29,034 nucleotides of DNA, taken from contig CAYXNI010000002.1 of assembly GCA_964466285.1 (NCBI GenBank), positions 1 through 29,034 on the forward strand, read 5' to 3'. The stretch's first letter is position 1. Each line of letters starts with the position of its first letter. Below are positions 1-9,050 of this stretch, in pieces. The translations under genes and the position numbers were made by a program. The notes under the pieces are model-generated. The model was given only the letters and a program-made list of their open reading frames with translations. It had not been told where the DNA came from and ran no database searches. Origin of the DNA: an uncultured Planctomycetota bacterium. GTDB lineage: Bacteria > Planctomycetota > PUPC01.

Positions 1-419
1 GTCGTCGGTGCCGAGTCCGATGACGATGTTGCGGAGCGCCCGGTCGCTGACGTCGACGACGCGGTTCCAGGTTATGCTGTGGGGGTCGATGCTGAGGCGG
101 CGCCCTTGATGCCGAAGGTAGGGCCTTGCGAGGGCTGGCGGATGCACGTGCACACGCGCTTGCCGATGTACTGGAGGGCCTGCGAGAGGCCGATGGTCGT
201 GACCGTCTTGCCCTCGCCCAGCGGCGTCGGCGTGACCGCCGTGACGCCGATGTACTTGGCGTCGGGCTTCTTGCTGTTCTTGGCGATGACGTCGAGCTTC
301 ACCTTCGCCTTGTAGTCGCCGTGGAGGTCGAGGTCGACGCGGTCGATGCCCAGCGCGGACGCGATCTCCTCGATGTGTTTCGCGGTTGCCGCTTGTGCGA
401 TTTCCAGGTCACTCAACAT
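1..419 (-). pseudogene. fhs: formate--tetrahydrofolate ligase (Fhs), N-terminal part running off the window start; frame broken near 75-110
   Basis: ORF 72..569(-), from the internal Met at 419, reads MLSDLEIAQ...[20 protein letters not shown]...GPTFGIKG. This matches the Fhs N-terminus and P-loop region. After GIKG(G)AA the frame yields a stop at 72-74. A different frame then reads [29 protein letters not shown] to position 1, which matches a conserved Fhs block about 45 residues further along. The conserved [20 protein letters not shown] block is absent. Confidence 0.6.
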
Positions 420-715
420 CACAAAGGCTCTTTGTCGACCAGAGCTGCGATGAACGGCGCCGCCGTTGCCCGACGGTCCGGCCCACCGGCCGGGCGGGAG
501 GCAAAGCGGCATCATGATGCCGCACTCCACGGGCCGCCTGCGGCGGTCGAATGCCGTCAGAAAACGCATCCGTGCGGATTCGCTTGCCCCACGTGGTCTC
601 GGCGGAGACGGGTGTTCATCGGTGGTAAGACAATCCGTCGTGTTGCAAAGTCCCCTTTGTCTTGACCCTGAAACTCTGAACTCTAAACCTTAGACTTCAA
701 ACCGGCCGCCTGTCA

Positions 716-2326
716 TCAGGGGGCGACGGGCCGGCGGATGGTGCTGTGGCGCCGCCACTCGTCGCGGGGCTCGGGGAAGTCGGAGCGGAAGTGGACGCCG
801 CGGCTCTCCTCGCGGGCGAGGGCGACCTTGGTCATGAGGTCGGCGACGGTGAGCATGTTCTGAATGCGCCAGCCGCGCGGACTGTGGAACTGGCGGTTGA
901 GGACGTAGCCGGACCAGAACTCGATGCGTTCGAGCGCGCGGCCAAGTCCCTGGGCGTCTCGGACGATGCTGACCTCGCGCCACATGACGCTTCGGAGCGA
1001 GCTGCGGACGTCGTCGAGGTCGATTTCTCCGGACTCTGGCCGGCCGGCTTGGGCCTGGATCTTGTGGGGCGTGGGCTCGGGCTGCTGGGCGGCATAGGTT
1101 GCGGCGGCGGCGCCGACGCCCCGGCCGAACACGAGGCCCTCGAGCAGCGAGTTGCTGCCGAGGCGGTTCGCGCCGTGAAGGCCGGTGGAGGCGGCCTCGC
1201 CGCAGGCGTAGAGCTGGCGGACGGTTGTCGCGCCGGTCAGGCCGGCCGCGACGCCGCCGATCATGTAGTGGGCGCTGGGGCAGACGGGGATGAGGTCCTC
1301 GCTGACGTTGATGTCGAACAGTGTGCAGAGCTCCTTGATCAGGGGGAAGCGAGCGGCGAGGCGGGCGGGTTCCACGTGGGTAAGGTCGAGGTAGACGTTT
1401 GTGTCGCCGGTGCGGCGCATTTCGCTGAGGATGGCGCGGCTGACGACGTCGCGCGGGGCGAGTTCCTTCATGGGGTGGTAGTTGGCCATGAACTGCTCGC
1501 CGTGCTTGTTGAGGAGGATGCCGCCCTCGCCGCGTGCGGCTTCGCTGATGAGGACGCGTGCGGCGCCGGCAACGTAGAGGGTGGTCGGGTGGAACTGGAC
1601 GAACTCGAGGTCTTGGAGCTCGCAGCCGGCGCGGCAGGCGATGGCGAGGCCGTCGCCCGTGGCGATGGGCGGGTTGGTCGTCTCGCGGAAAATCTGGCCC
1701 GCGCCGCCGGCCGCGAGGACGACGGCGTTGGCCCAGATGAGGGTGACGCCCCGTGCCTGCGACCAGACGACGGCGCCGAGGCAGGCGTTGTCGAGCGTGA
1801 GTAGGTCGACGACGAAGGAGTGTTCGAGCGTCCGCACGTTCTGGCAGTTGTGGAGTTTCTGGATGAGGGTGTGTTCGATCTCGGAGCCGGTGGCGTCGCC
1901 GCGTGCGTGAACGACGCGGGACCGGCGGTGTCCGCCTTCGCGTGCGAGGGCGAAGCGGCCGTCCTCGATGTCGAACTGTGCGCCCCAGTCCACCAGTTCG
2001 CGAATGGCATCGGGCGCCTGGTTGACGACGAAGTCGACGGTCGCTGGATCGGACAGGCCGCATCCGACGGTAAGGGTGTCCTCGGCGTGGAGCTCGAGCG
2101 AGTCGTCGGGCCCGAAGGCCGCGGCGATGCCGCCCTGGGCGCGCTCGGTGTTGCTCTCCTTGAGCTGGTCCTTGGTGATGACGGTGACGTGTGCGTGGCG
2201 GCTGGCCTCGATGGCGGCGCGGAGGCCGGCGACGCCCGATCCGATGACCAGGACGCCGGTGAACATGTGGGGGACGGCGGAGCTGTCGAAGGAGATGAGG
2301 TATCGCGAGGGGGTCAGGCCGTGCAT
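716..2326 (-). CDS. nadB: L-aspartate oxidase (NadB); the true start is probably the internal Met near 2266 (MFTGVLVIGSGVAGL)
   Basis: 536-aa ORF with an N-terminal FAD dinucleotide-binding motif VLVIGSGVAGL. It shows the succinate dehydrogenase/fumarate reductase flavoprotein-like fold signatures RSRVVHARGDATG, HPT, and LYACGEAASTGLHGANRLGSNSLLEGLVFG. Confidence 0.85.
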   Translation of the reverse strand: MHGLTPSRYLISFDSSAVPHMFTGVLVIGSGVAGLRAAIEASRHAHVTVITKDQLKESNTERAQGGIAAAFGPDDSLELHAEDTLTVGCGLSDPATVDFVVNQAPDAIRELVDWGAQFDIEDGRFALAREGGHRRSRVVHARGDATGSEIEHTLIQKLHNCQNVRTLEHSFVVDLLTLDNACLGAVVWSQARGVTLIWANAVVLAAGGAGQIFRETTNPPIATGDGLAIACRAGCELQDLEFVQFHPTTLYVAGAARVLISEAARGEGGILLNKHGEQFMANYHPMKELAPRDVVSRAILSEMRRTGDTNVYLDLTHVEPARLAARFPLIKELCTLFDINVSEDLIPVCPSAHYMIGGVAAGLTGATTVRQLYACGEAASTGLHGANRLGSNSLLEGLVFGRGVGAAAATYAAQQPEPTPHKIQAQAGRPESGEIDLDDVRSSLRSVMWREVSIVRDAQGLGRALERIEFWSGYVLNRQFHSPRGWRIQNMLTVADLMTKVALAREESRGVHFRSDFPEPRDEWRRHSTIRRPVAP

Positions 2327-2454
2327 GCTGGGCGTCTCTCCATCTCAGGATCGGGTACGGTCTCACAAGCGCGGCGGGGCGCTTGACGTGGGTTGAATGC
2401 GTCAGCAGCCCGGACTCGCGGCGGTCCGGCCATCAGAGATCGAATGTTCCTGTC

Positions 2455-3945
2455 TCAAAGGAACTCCTGGAGCACGAGCTTGGGCAGGCCAATGCCGGAG
2501 CCGGTGGTCTGGGCGTAGACAAGGGCATGGGTCACGGCGTCGTCCAGCCCCTCGCCCGGCTGTTCGATGGTGGCGATGGCTTCGGTGATGGGCATGGTCC
2601 GGCCGGTGGGAAGGGGGTCGCTGGCGAGGTGGTCGAAGCGGTTGGCGACGGCCACGATGCGGGCGATGAGTGGGACTTCCTCGCCGGAGAGGCCCTCCGG
2701 TCCGCCGAAGCCGTCGAGCCGCTCGTGATGGTACCTGATGCCGGGGATGATCGTGGCGAGGCCGGGGAGTTCCTCGAGGAGCTTGGCCCCAAGCCAGGCG
2801 TGGCAGAACTGGTCCTGCACGGTCTGGCCGACGGCCGCGCTGACGGCCATCCGGATGGTCTCGGTGATTCTCATCTTGCCGGCATCGTGGAGCAGGGCGG
2901 CCAGGACTACGTCCTCGGATTCTTCGGGCCCGAGGCCGAGGCGGTCGGCGATGGCGGCGGCGTAGGCGGCGACGCGCTCGCTGTGCCCGCGCAGTTCGGG
3001 CGCCCGAAGGTCCATCGCGCCGGCCAGCTTCTTGGCCAGGGCCATGTATTCCGAGCGCCGCTCGAGGTGGGTGGCGACGTTCTCGAGGGCGATGCCAGTC
3101 TGGAAGGCGATGGCGGTGGCCAGCTCGAGGTCGGCGTGGTCAAAGGGCTTGATCGCACTGTCGCGCCCGAGGTAGAGGACGCCGTTGATGCGGTCGCGTG
3201 CGAGGAGCGGGGCGCAGAGAACGGACCGTATGGCCCCGACGACGACGCTGTCGCTCTGGCTGAACCGCGAGTCTGCGGCGGCGTTGGCGGTGAGGATCGA
3301 GTGGCGGTGCTGCATGGCCCGCATGACGATGGAGCGGCTGATCTGGCGGCGGGTCTTGCGGTGGGGGTCGCGCCAGGCCTTTGGCACAAGGTTACCGCCG
3401 GTGTCGTCCCGGATGAACATGTAGCAGTAAGTGGGCTTGACGGAGGCCATGGTGAGCTCGACGAGCTTGTCGGCGACGCCCTGCAGCGAGGTCTCGCGGC
3501 CGAGGACGCGGGCGACTTCGTACATGGTGAAGAGCCGGGTCATCGCGCCGGCCGCGGCCTTGTCGCCGGAGACGACCTGCGCGGCCATGTCGCCGAGCCG
3601 GATCTCGACCGTGGAGCTGTCGGGCTGGGCGGTGTCCTGGACGAACTCGACGGGCTGTTCGGCGCCCTCGGCATAAAGGAGGAGCGACGAGCCGATGCGA
3701 ATGCGGTCGCCTTGGCGCAGCACAACCTCTTTGTCGATCTTCATGTCGTTGACGCAGGTGCCGTTCATGCTGTCGAGGTCCCGGATGAGGAGGCGTTCGC
3801 CGAGGGGGAATATCTCGGCGTGCTTTCGGCTGGCGGCGGTATCGAGGACCTGGATGTCGCCTTCACGGCCGATGGACTGCTTCTGGCCGGTAAGGACGAA
3901 CGTGCGGCCCTTGGCGGGTCCGGTCTGAATGGTCAGGCTTGGCAT
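2455..3945 (-). CDS. FHA domain - GAF domain - HD-GYP-type phosphohydrolase fusion protein (candidate c-di-GMP phosphodiesterase/sensor)
   Basis: The N-terminus (residues ~15-95) has the FHA signature GR..DIQVLD...SRKHAEI...G.LLIRDLDSMNGTCVN. The middle is GAF-like. The C-terminus carries the HD motif LLHDAGK and an HHERLDGFGGPEG motif aligning to the HD-GYP signature HHE.xDGxGYP, with GYP replaced by GGP. The start lies 18 nt after the upstream aminotransferase stop, with an AAAGGGG ribosome-binding site. Confidence 0.75.
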   Translation of the reverse strand: MPSLTIQTGPAKGRTFVLTGQKQSIGREGDIQVLDTAASRKHAEIFPLGERLLIRDLDSMNGTCVNDMKIDKEVVLRQGDRIRIGSSLLLYAEGAEQPVEFVQDTAQPDSSTVEIRLGDMAAQVVSGDKAAAGAMTRLFTMYEVARVLGRETSLQGVADKLVELTMASVKPTYCYMFIRDDTGGNLVPKAWRDPHRKTRRQISRSIVMRAMQHRHSILTANAAADSRFSQSDSVVVGAIRSVLCAPLLARDRINGVLYLGRDSAIKPFDHADLELATAIAFQTGIALENVATHLERRSEYMALAKKLAGAMDLRAPELRGHSERVAAYAAAIADRLGLGPEESEDVVLAALLHDAGKMRITETIRMAVSAAVGQTVQDQFCHAWLGAKLLEELPGLATIIPGIRYHHERLDGFGGPEGLSGEEVPLIARIVAVANRFDHLASDPLPTGRTMPITEAIATIEQPGEGLDDAVTHALVYAQTTGSGIGLPKLVLQEFL

Positions 3946-3963
3946 GGGAGGCCCCTTTCGCTA

Positions 3964-4827
3964 TCAGCGTTGTCCGGAGATGAGGGCGCGGAACTTGGCC
4001 AGCAGCTTCAGGGTGATCTTGCCGGGCTTGCCGGTGCCGATGGGCCGCCCGTCGATGCTGGCGACGGGGATGACCTCGGCGGCGGTGCCGGTGAGGAAGC
4101 ATTCGTCGGCCACGTAGAGGTCGTAGCGGTTGAGCACGGTCTCGCGGACGGGGATGCCGTCCTGCCGGGCGAGGTCCATGACGACGTCGCGTGTGATGCC
4201 TTCGAGAATGTCGGCCTGGAGCGGCGGGGTGAGGAGTTCCCCCTTGGTGACGATGAAGATGTTGTCGCCGGTGCACTCGGCCACCTCGCCCTTGCAGTTG
4301 AGCATGATGGCCTCTATGCAGCCGGCGCGGATGGCCTCGATCTTCGCCATGATGTTGTTGAGGTAGTTGAGTGACTTGATGCGCGGGCTGAGAGCGGCGC
4401 TCGGGATGCGCTGGGTGGGCACGGTGACCAGGTCGAGGCCCTTCTCGTAGAACTCGGGCGGGTAGAGGACGATGCTGGCCGTGATGATGATGACCGAGGG
4501 CTTCAGGCACTTGCGGGGGTCGAGGCCGAGGTCGCCCGGGCCGCGCGTGACGATGGCGCGGATGTAGGCGTCCCTGAGGCTGTTGGCGGCGAGCGTGTCG
4601 ATGATAGCTTTCCTGAACTGGCCGGGAGTGAGCGGAATGTCGAGCTTGATGGCGCGGGCGGAAGCGTAGAGGCGGCTGATGTGCTCGTCGAGCTTGAACA
4701 CGGTGCCGTTGTAGGAGCGGATGCCTTCGAACACGCCATCGCCATACAGGAGTCCGTGGTCGAGCACGGAGACCGTCGCGCGCTCCTGGTCGACCAGCTT
4801 GCCGTCGATGTAGATCTTCAGGCTCAC
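3964..4827 (-). CDS. ilvE: class IV PLP-dependent aminotransferase (branched-chain amino acid aminotransferase / D-amino-acid aminotransferase family)
   Basis: 287 aa with a GTG start preceded by GAGGAGG. The ORF ends at 3964, immediately upstream of the FHA-GAF-HD-GYP gene. The fold-type IV aminotransferase length and its motifs are present (LYGDGVFEGIR, TGDNIFIV..GELLTPP). Assigning it as BCAT rather than Dat or PabC is uncertain. Confidence 0.7.
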   Translation of the reverse strand: MSLKIYIDGKLVDQERATVSVLDHGLLYGDGVFEGIRSYNGTVFKLDEHISRLYASARAIKLDIPLTPGQFRKAIIDTLAANSLRDAYIRAIVTRGPGDLGLDPRKCLKPSVIIITASIVLYPPEFYEKGLDLVTVPTQRIPSAALSPRIKSLNYLNNIMAKIEAIRAGCIEAIMLNCKGEVAECTGDNIFIVTKGELLTPPLQADILEGITRDVVMDLARQDGIPVRETVLNRYDLYVADECFLTGTAAEVIPVASIDGRPIGTGKPGKITLKLLAKFRALISGQR

Positions 4828-5549
4828 AGTTCGCCTCCTCGGTTCTTATTTGTGATGATGTCCGACACCTTGCCTTCGTGCATGTGTGCGATGCGGTGGC
4901 AGTGCGACGCGAGTTCTTCGTTGTGGGTCACGATGACGAACGTGGCCCCGGTGTTTCGGTTGACCTTCCAGAGCAGGTCGTGGATCTGGCCGCTCGTCTT
5001 CTCGTCGAGGTTGCCGGTCGGCTCGTCGCAGAACACGATCCTGGGATCGTTGATCAGGGCGCGAGCGAGCGCGACCCGCTGCTTCTCGCCGCCGGACAAC
5101 TTGGCGGGCTTGTGCGAGGCGCGGTCACCCAGTCCGATGTTCTCGAGCAGACGCACGGCGCGGCCGCGAACGTCTTTGCTGCGCGCCGGCCAGGCAAGCC
5201 AGTGGGCCTGGACCATGGCGGGCAACATGACGTTGGTCACCGCGTCGAGGTCGGGCAAGAGGTGATAGAACTGGAAGACGAACCCGAACTCGGCGTTTCG
5301 GAGCCGGGCGCGTTCGCCTTCCGAGGCCTTGCCCAACTCGGCTTGCTGATATGTTACCGAGCCACGGGTGGGGGTGTCAAGCAATCCCAGGATGTGCAGG
5401 AGGGTGCTTTTGCCGACGCCCGAGTGGCCGGTGACGGCGAGCATTTCGCCCTGGCGCACGGCGAGGTCGAGTCCGTCGAGGACGACGAGGGGCTGGCCGG
5501 CCTCGCGGTATTCTTTGACGATGCCTCTGGCGACGAGCAGGTCACTCAT
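4824..5549 (-). CDS. lolD: lipoprotein-releasing system ABC transporter ATP-binding protein LolD family
   Basis: Walker A GHSGVGKST, ABC signature LSGGEKQRVALARAL, Walker B IVFCDEPTGNLD. There is an 8-nt overlap with the upstream permease gene and a 4-nt overlap (GTGA) with the downstream aminotransferase gene. Confidence 0.8.
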   Translation of the reverse strand: MSDLLVARGIVKEYREAGQPLVVLDGLDLAVRQGEMLAVTGHSGVGKSTLLHILGLLDTPTRGSVTYQQAELGKASEGERARLRNAEFGFVFQFYHLLPDLDAVTNVMLPAMVQAHWLAWPARSKDVRGRAVRLLENIGLGDRASHKPAKLSGGEKQRVALARALINDPRIVFCDEPTGNLDEKTSGQIHDLLWKVNRNTGATFVIVTHNEELASHCHRIAHMHEGKVSDIITNKNRGGEL

Positions 5550-7386
5550 AGCGCAACGCCTCGATCGGGTCCAGTGTGGCGGCCTTGAACGCCGGCCAGA
5601 GCGCGGCGAGCAGGCTGATGGCCATGGCGATGAGCGCCATTGTCACGAACTCCACCGGGTTCTCCATGTGTGGGAGCTTGTCGAGGTAGTAGATGTCGGG
5701 CGGAAACGCGCGCCAGTTGAACCACTGGTAGAGCTTGTTCTCGATGACATTGAGGTTGGCCGAGATGATCCAGCCGGCGGCCAGGCCGAGGCCGGAGCCG
5801 AGGACGCCGATCATCAGCCCGTTCAGAAGAAAGATGCGGACGATCCCTTCACGCGTCGCCCCCAGCGCCATCAGGATGCCGATGTCGCGCGTCTTTTCTT
5901 TCACCATCAGCCAGAGGATGGACGTGATGCTGAAGCCGGCGACAACCACCACGAGGGTCATGATGATTTTCTGGATGAGGCGTTCGACGTCGACCGCGCG
6001 AAGGAGCGCTCTCTGTTTGTCGCGCCAGGTGCTGACGGTGAGCGGGCGGTTGTCCTCGAACCGGAGGTTGGAGAGCTCGACGGAGCCGTTCTGGACCTGG
6101 ATGGCGACCTGCTTGATGTCGGCCGGGTTCACGAGGTCCAGCCCGTCCTCAGAGATGAAGTTGGCGAGTTCGTGGGTGACCGGCACCTGCGTTAGTTCTT
6201 CCCCGGGAACCGGGATCCAGTCTTTCTGGCTCGGGTAGAAGCGGCGGCCGCTGCTGTCAATCGCGGCAATGCGGAACGGCGGAAATGGCTCAGACATCTG
6301 GCGCCCGCTGAAGTGCAGGTCGAGCGAAAGGGACGTCGGATGGTCGGCCGTTTTGAGGATTTCGCCGATGCCCTCAATGACGATTTCACCTGTGCCCTGA
6401 GGCGAGGATTGGGGGGAATGGACGGCGAGGAGCCATTCGCCATCAACCTGACGGGTCGAGTAGCTGCCTGAGACCGTCTTGATCCGCGCGCGGTCGGCCT
6501 CGTCGGCCAGGTCGAGGAGAGGGGTCCGGTTTTTCAACGCCTCCTGAATGGCGGCCTTGGCCAGGTCGGCCTTGTCGATGTCGCGGAGGCGGACGCTGAT
6601 GGAGGTGACCCGGCCGGGCAACCCCAGCAAATCCTGGGCCGTACGCAACTCCACGTACATCAGCTGGCTGTCGTAATCGTAATGTCCGCAATAGAACCCG
6701 CCGACGACGTCGAAGTCCTTTGTCTGGAACGTCAGGAGGGTGGTGGCGGAGGTGACGCTCAACTTGTTGCCCGGGCGGAGGCCGCTGAAGCGGCGCGCGA
6801 GCTCTATGCCGACAATGGCGCCGGGATGAAGCGGAGCGCGGCCGCCGTTGTACAGGAAATCCAGACGCTCCTTGACGAGCGGCTGGGCCGCCTGGAACCG
6901 GCCCCAGTCGAGGCCCGATTTCCGGAACGCCAGGCCGGGGTCGGGGTTGGACTGGATCGCCTCAAGTTTCTTACTGGCTTCCTCTACTTCGGTCCCGAGG
7001 CGGGCGACGTAGGCTTCGATATCGCTGGTTCTTGCCTCGCGTTCGGGATCGATGCCGCGGAGCTTGCCGAACCAGGTCTGCCGGCCGCAACGGATGAGGG
7101 CGAACGGGCAGTCGACCAGCGGGGCGCAGGCCTCGACGTCCGGGACCTTTTCGATGCGGCGCATGAGTTCGTCGTAATCGCCGATCCCGACGAGCTGCTC
7201 GCTCTCGACGACGACGTGGGACATGATCCCGCGGATGCGTTGCTGGATGTCATGGGCGAAGCCGTTCATGACGGACGAGACGATGATGAGCGCGACGACG
7301 CCCAGCATGATGGCCACGACGGCGATTATGTTCACCGCGCGCGACCGCAGGTACTTCTGGCTGATGAGCACCTGGTATTTCTTCAT
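5542..7386 (-). CDS. LolC/LolE-family (FtsX/MacB-type) ABC transporter permease with an unusually long periplasmic domain
   Basis: The N-terminus MKKYQVLISQKYLRSRAVNIIAVVAIMLGVVALIIVSSVMNGF resembles the LolC/E TM1. A C-terminal FtsX domain is present (RDIGILMALGATREGIVRIFLLNG...). At 614 aa it is about 200 aa longer than LolC/E, and the extra sequence lies in the TM1-TM2 periplasmic loop. Confidence 0.7.
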   Translation of the reverse strand: MKKYQVLISQKYLRSRAVNIIAVVAIMLGVVALIIVSSVMNGFAHDIQQRIRGIMSHVVVESEQLVGIGDYDELMRRIEKVPDVEACAPLVDCPFALIRCGRQTWFGKLRGIDPEREARTSDIEAYVARLGTEVEEASKKLEAIQSNPDPGLAFRKSGLDWGRFQAAQPLVKERLDFLYNGGRAPLHPGAIVGIELARRFSGLRPGNKLSVTSATTLLTFQTKDFDVVGGFYCGHYDYDSQLMYVELRTAQDLLGLPGRVTSISVRLRDIDKADLAKAAIQEALKNRTPLLDLADEADRARIKTVSGSYSTRQVDGEWLLAVHSPQSSPQGTGEIVIEGIGEILKTADHPTSLSLDLHFSGRQMSEPFPPFRIAAIDSSGRRFYPSQKDWIPVPGEELTQVPVTHELANFISEDGLDLVNPADIKQVAIQVQNGSVELSNLRFEDNRPLTVSTWRDKQRALLRAVDVERLIQKIIMTLVVVVAGFSITSILWLMVKEKTRDIGILMALGATREGIVRIFLLNGLMIGVLGSGLGLAAGWIISANLNVIENKLYQWFNWRAFPPDIYYLDKLPHMENPVEFVTMALIAMAISLLAALWPAFKAATLDPIEALRYE

Positions 7387-7397
7387 TGGGTCACCGC

Positions 7398-7555
7398 CAC
7401 TGAAATGTCAAGCGCCAAAGCTCAGATTGCGATCCAAGTCCAAACACCAATCCGATCCATGTCCCGGGTTTCCACCCCCCGACGTGTGGGGCGGACTTGA
7501 CATTTGGGCTTTGGGTTTGAATTGGCATTTGGATTTTGTCATTTGGCATTTTCTG
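7398..7555. repeat. AT-richer repeat island between the lysS stop and the permease start: three copies of CATTTGG, a 10-bp inverted repeat CTTGACATTT 83 bp apart, and two TTGACA hexamers on opposite strands
   Basis: AAATGTCAAG lies at 7403-7412 and CTTGACATTT at 7496-7505. CATTTGG lies at ~7501, ~7526 and ~7540. Each half repeat is followed by GCCAAAGC or GCTTTGG. Confidence 0.5.
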
Positions 7556-9017
7556 CTTCCGTGTCGTCCTCCTCGCCGGGCGCCTCTGGCCGCATCAGCG
7601 GGAACAGGATCACGTTCCGCAGCGACGTCTTTTCGAGCAAGAGCATGAGCAGGCGGTCAATCCCGATGCCCAGCCCGCCGGCTGGCGGCATGCCGTGTTC
7701 GAGCGCGTGGATGAAGTCTTCGTCGATGCGGCCGACGGTCCCCTCCTCACGGCGGACCAGTTGGCCCTCGAGTTCCCGCCGCTGTGCGATCGGGTCGTTC
7801 AGCTCGGTGTAGGCGTTGGCGAGCTCGAAGCCGGCGACGAAGACCTCGAACCGCTCGGACACCCGCGGGTCTTCGGGGCTGCGGCGGCAGAGCGGGGCCA
7901 TCGTGGCCGGGTGGTGCGTGAGGAAGGTCGGGTTGACCAGGTGCGGCTCGGCCGTCTGCTTGAAGATCTCGTCGATCAGCGCGTCGGTGAGAGCCGTGGC
8001 CGCGTCTTGCAATCCAAGCGACTTCGCCCTGGCCCGGACGGCGGCCTCGTCGAACATGTCGACGTCCGCATGCGTCTTGAGCGCCTCGGCGTACCGGAGC
8101 CGCGGCCACGGCGGCGTCAGGTCGATCGTTCGCTCGCCGAACTGGAACCGGAGCTTACCCAGGACCTCGCGGGCCACCGTGGTCACCACGCCCTCGACGA
8201 GTTCCATCATGACGTTGTAGTCGGCGTATGCCTGGTAGGCTTCGAGCATGGTGAACTCGGGGTTGTGCTTGTGCGAGATGCCCTCGTTGCGGAAGTTGCG
8301 GTTGATCTCGAATACTCGTTCCATGCCGCCGCACAGGAGGCGCTTGAGGTACAGTTCCGGCGCAATGCGGAGGTAGAGGTCCATGTCCAGCGCGTTGTGA
8401 TGGGTGATGAAGGGCCGCGCCGTGGCGCCGCCGGGTATGGGCTGCATCATCGGGGTTTCGACCTCGACGAAGCCGCGCGCGGCGAAATAGTCACGGATCG
8501 CGCGCACGATTCTGGTGCGGTTGAGGGCGAGCTGCATCGACTCGGGGTTCGCGACGAGGTCGAGCGAGCGGTGGCGCGAGCGGGTCTCGATGTCCTTGAG
8601 GCCGTGGTACTTTTCCGGAAACGGGAGGAGTGCCTTCGAGAGGACGGTGAGCTTGTCGACGAAGACGGTCACTTCGCCGGTGCGGGTCTTGGCGATCTGG
8701 CCGTCGACTCCGATGAGGTCGCCGATATCGAGCAGTTTGACGACGGTGTACCCGTCGTCGCCGAGGCGGCTCTGGCTCATGTTGATCTGAATGCGGCCGG
8801 TCGAGTCGCGGAGGTCGGCGAAGGTAGACTTGCCGTGGCTGCGGATGGCCACGAGGCGGCCGGCGGCGCGGACGCGGGCGCCTTGTTTGTCATCGGCGTA
8901 CGCGTTCACGAGTTCCGTCGCCGGGGTCGTGTCGGGGTAAGCTTTGCCGAACGGTTCGATGCCGATCGCGCGCATCTTTTCGAGCTTGGCAAGCCGGTCG
9001 TCCCTGAGTTTTGACAT
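7539..9017 (-). CDS. lysS: lysine--tRNA ligase, class II
   Basis: 492 aa with an N-terminal OB anticodon-binding domain. Class II motifs are present ([32 protein letters not shown]), and overall similarity to LysS is strong. Confidence 0.9.
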   Translation of the reverse strand: MSKLRDDRLAKLEKMRAIGIEPFGKAYPDTTPATELVNAYADDKQGARVRAAGRLVAIRSHGKSTFADLRDSTGRIQINMSQSRLGDDGYTVVKLLDIGDLIGVDGQIAKTRTGEVTVFVDKLTVLSKALLPFPEKYHGLKDIETRSRHRSLDLVANPESMQLALNRTRIVRAIRDYFAARGFVEVETPMMQPIPGGATARPFITHHNALDMDLYLRIAPELYLKRLLCGGMERVFEINRNFRNEGISHKHNPEFTMLEAYQAYADYNVMMELVEGVVTTVAREVLGKLRFQFGERTIDLTPPWPRLRYAEALKTHADVDMFDEAAVRARAKSLGLQDAATALTDALIDEIFKQTAEPHLVNPTFLTHHPATMAPLCRRSPEDPRVSERFEVFVAGFELANAYTELNDPIAQRRELEGQLVRREEGTVGRIDEDFIHALEHGMPPAGGLGIGIDRLLMLLLEKTSLRNVILFPLMRPEAPGEEDDTEAENAK

Positions 9018-9050
9018 GTCCGATCTCTATAGTGTCCGACAAGGGACGGA

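Noticed and set aside
746-1804. 352-aa plus-strand ORF and overlapping 558-aa minus-strand ORF (690..2366) in the nadB region
   Set aside because: These are antisense or alternate-frame ORFs with extreme Arg/Pro/Gly/Ala composition, typical of high-GC frame artefacts. nadB in the other frame has clear homology.
2383-4374. 663-aa plus-strand ORF spanning the HD-GYP and aminotransferase genes
   Set aside because: It lies antisense to two well-supported genes and has a low-complexity Gly/Ala/Asp/Val composition with no recognisable domain.
7497-7560. Sigma-54 type promoter (TGGCAT-N4-TGC) near the lysS stop
   Set aside because: The GG-to-GC spacing does not fit the -24/-12 geometry, and there is no downstream gene on that strand.
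7536-9014. 492-aa plus-strand ORF exactly mirroring lysS
   Set aside because: It is an antisense shadow ORF of lysS with no motifs. The lysS identity is unambiguous.
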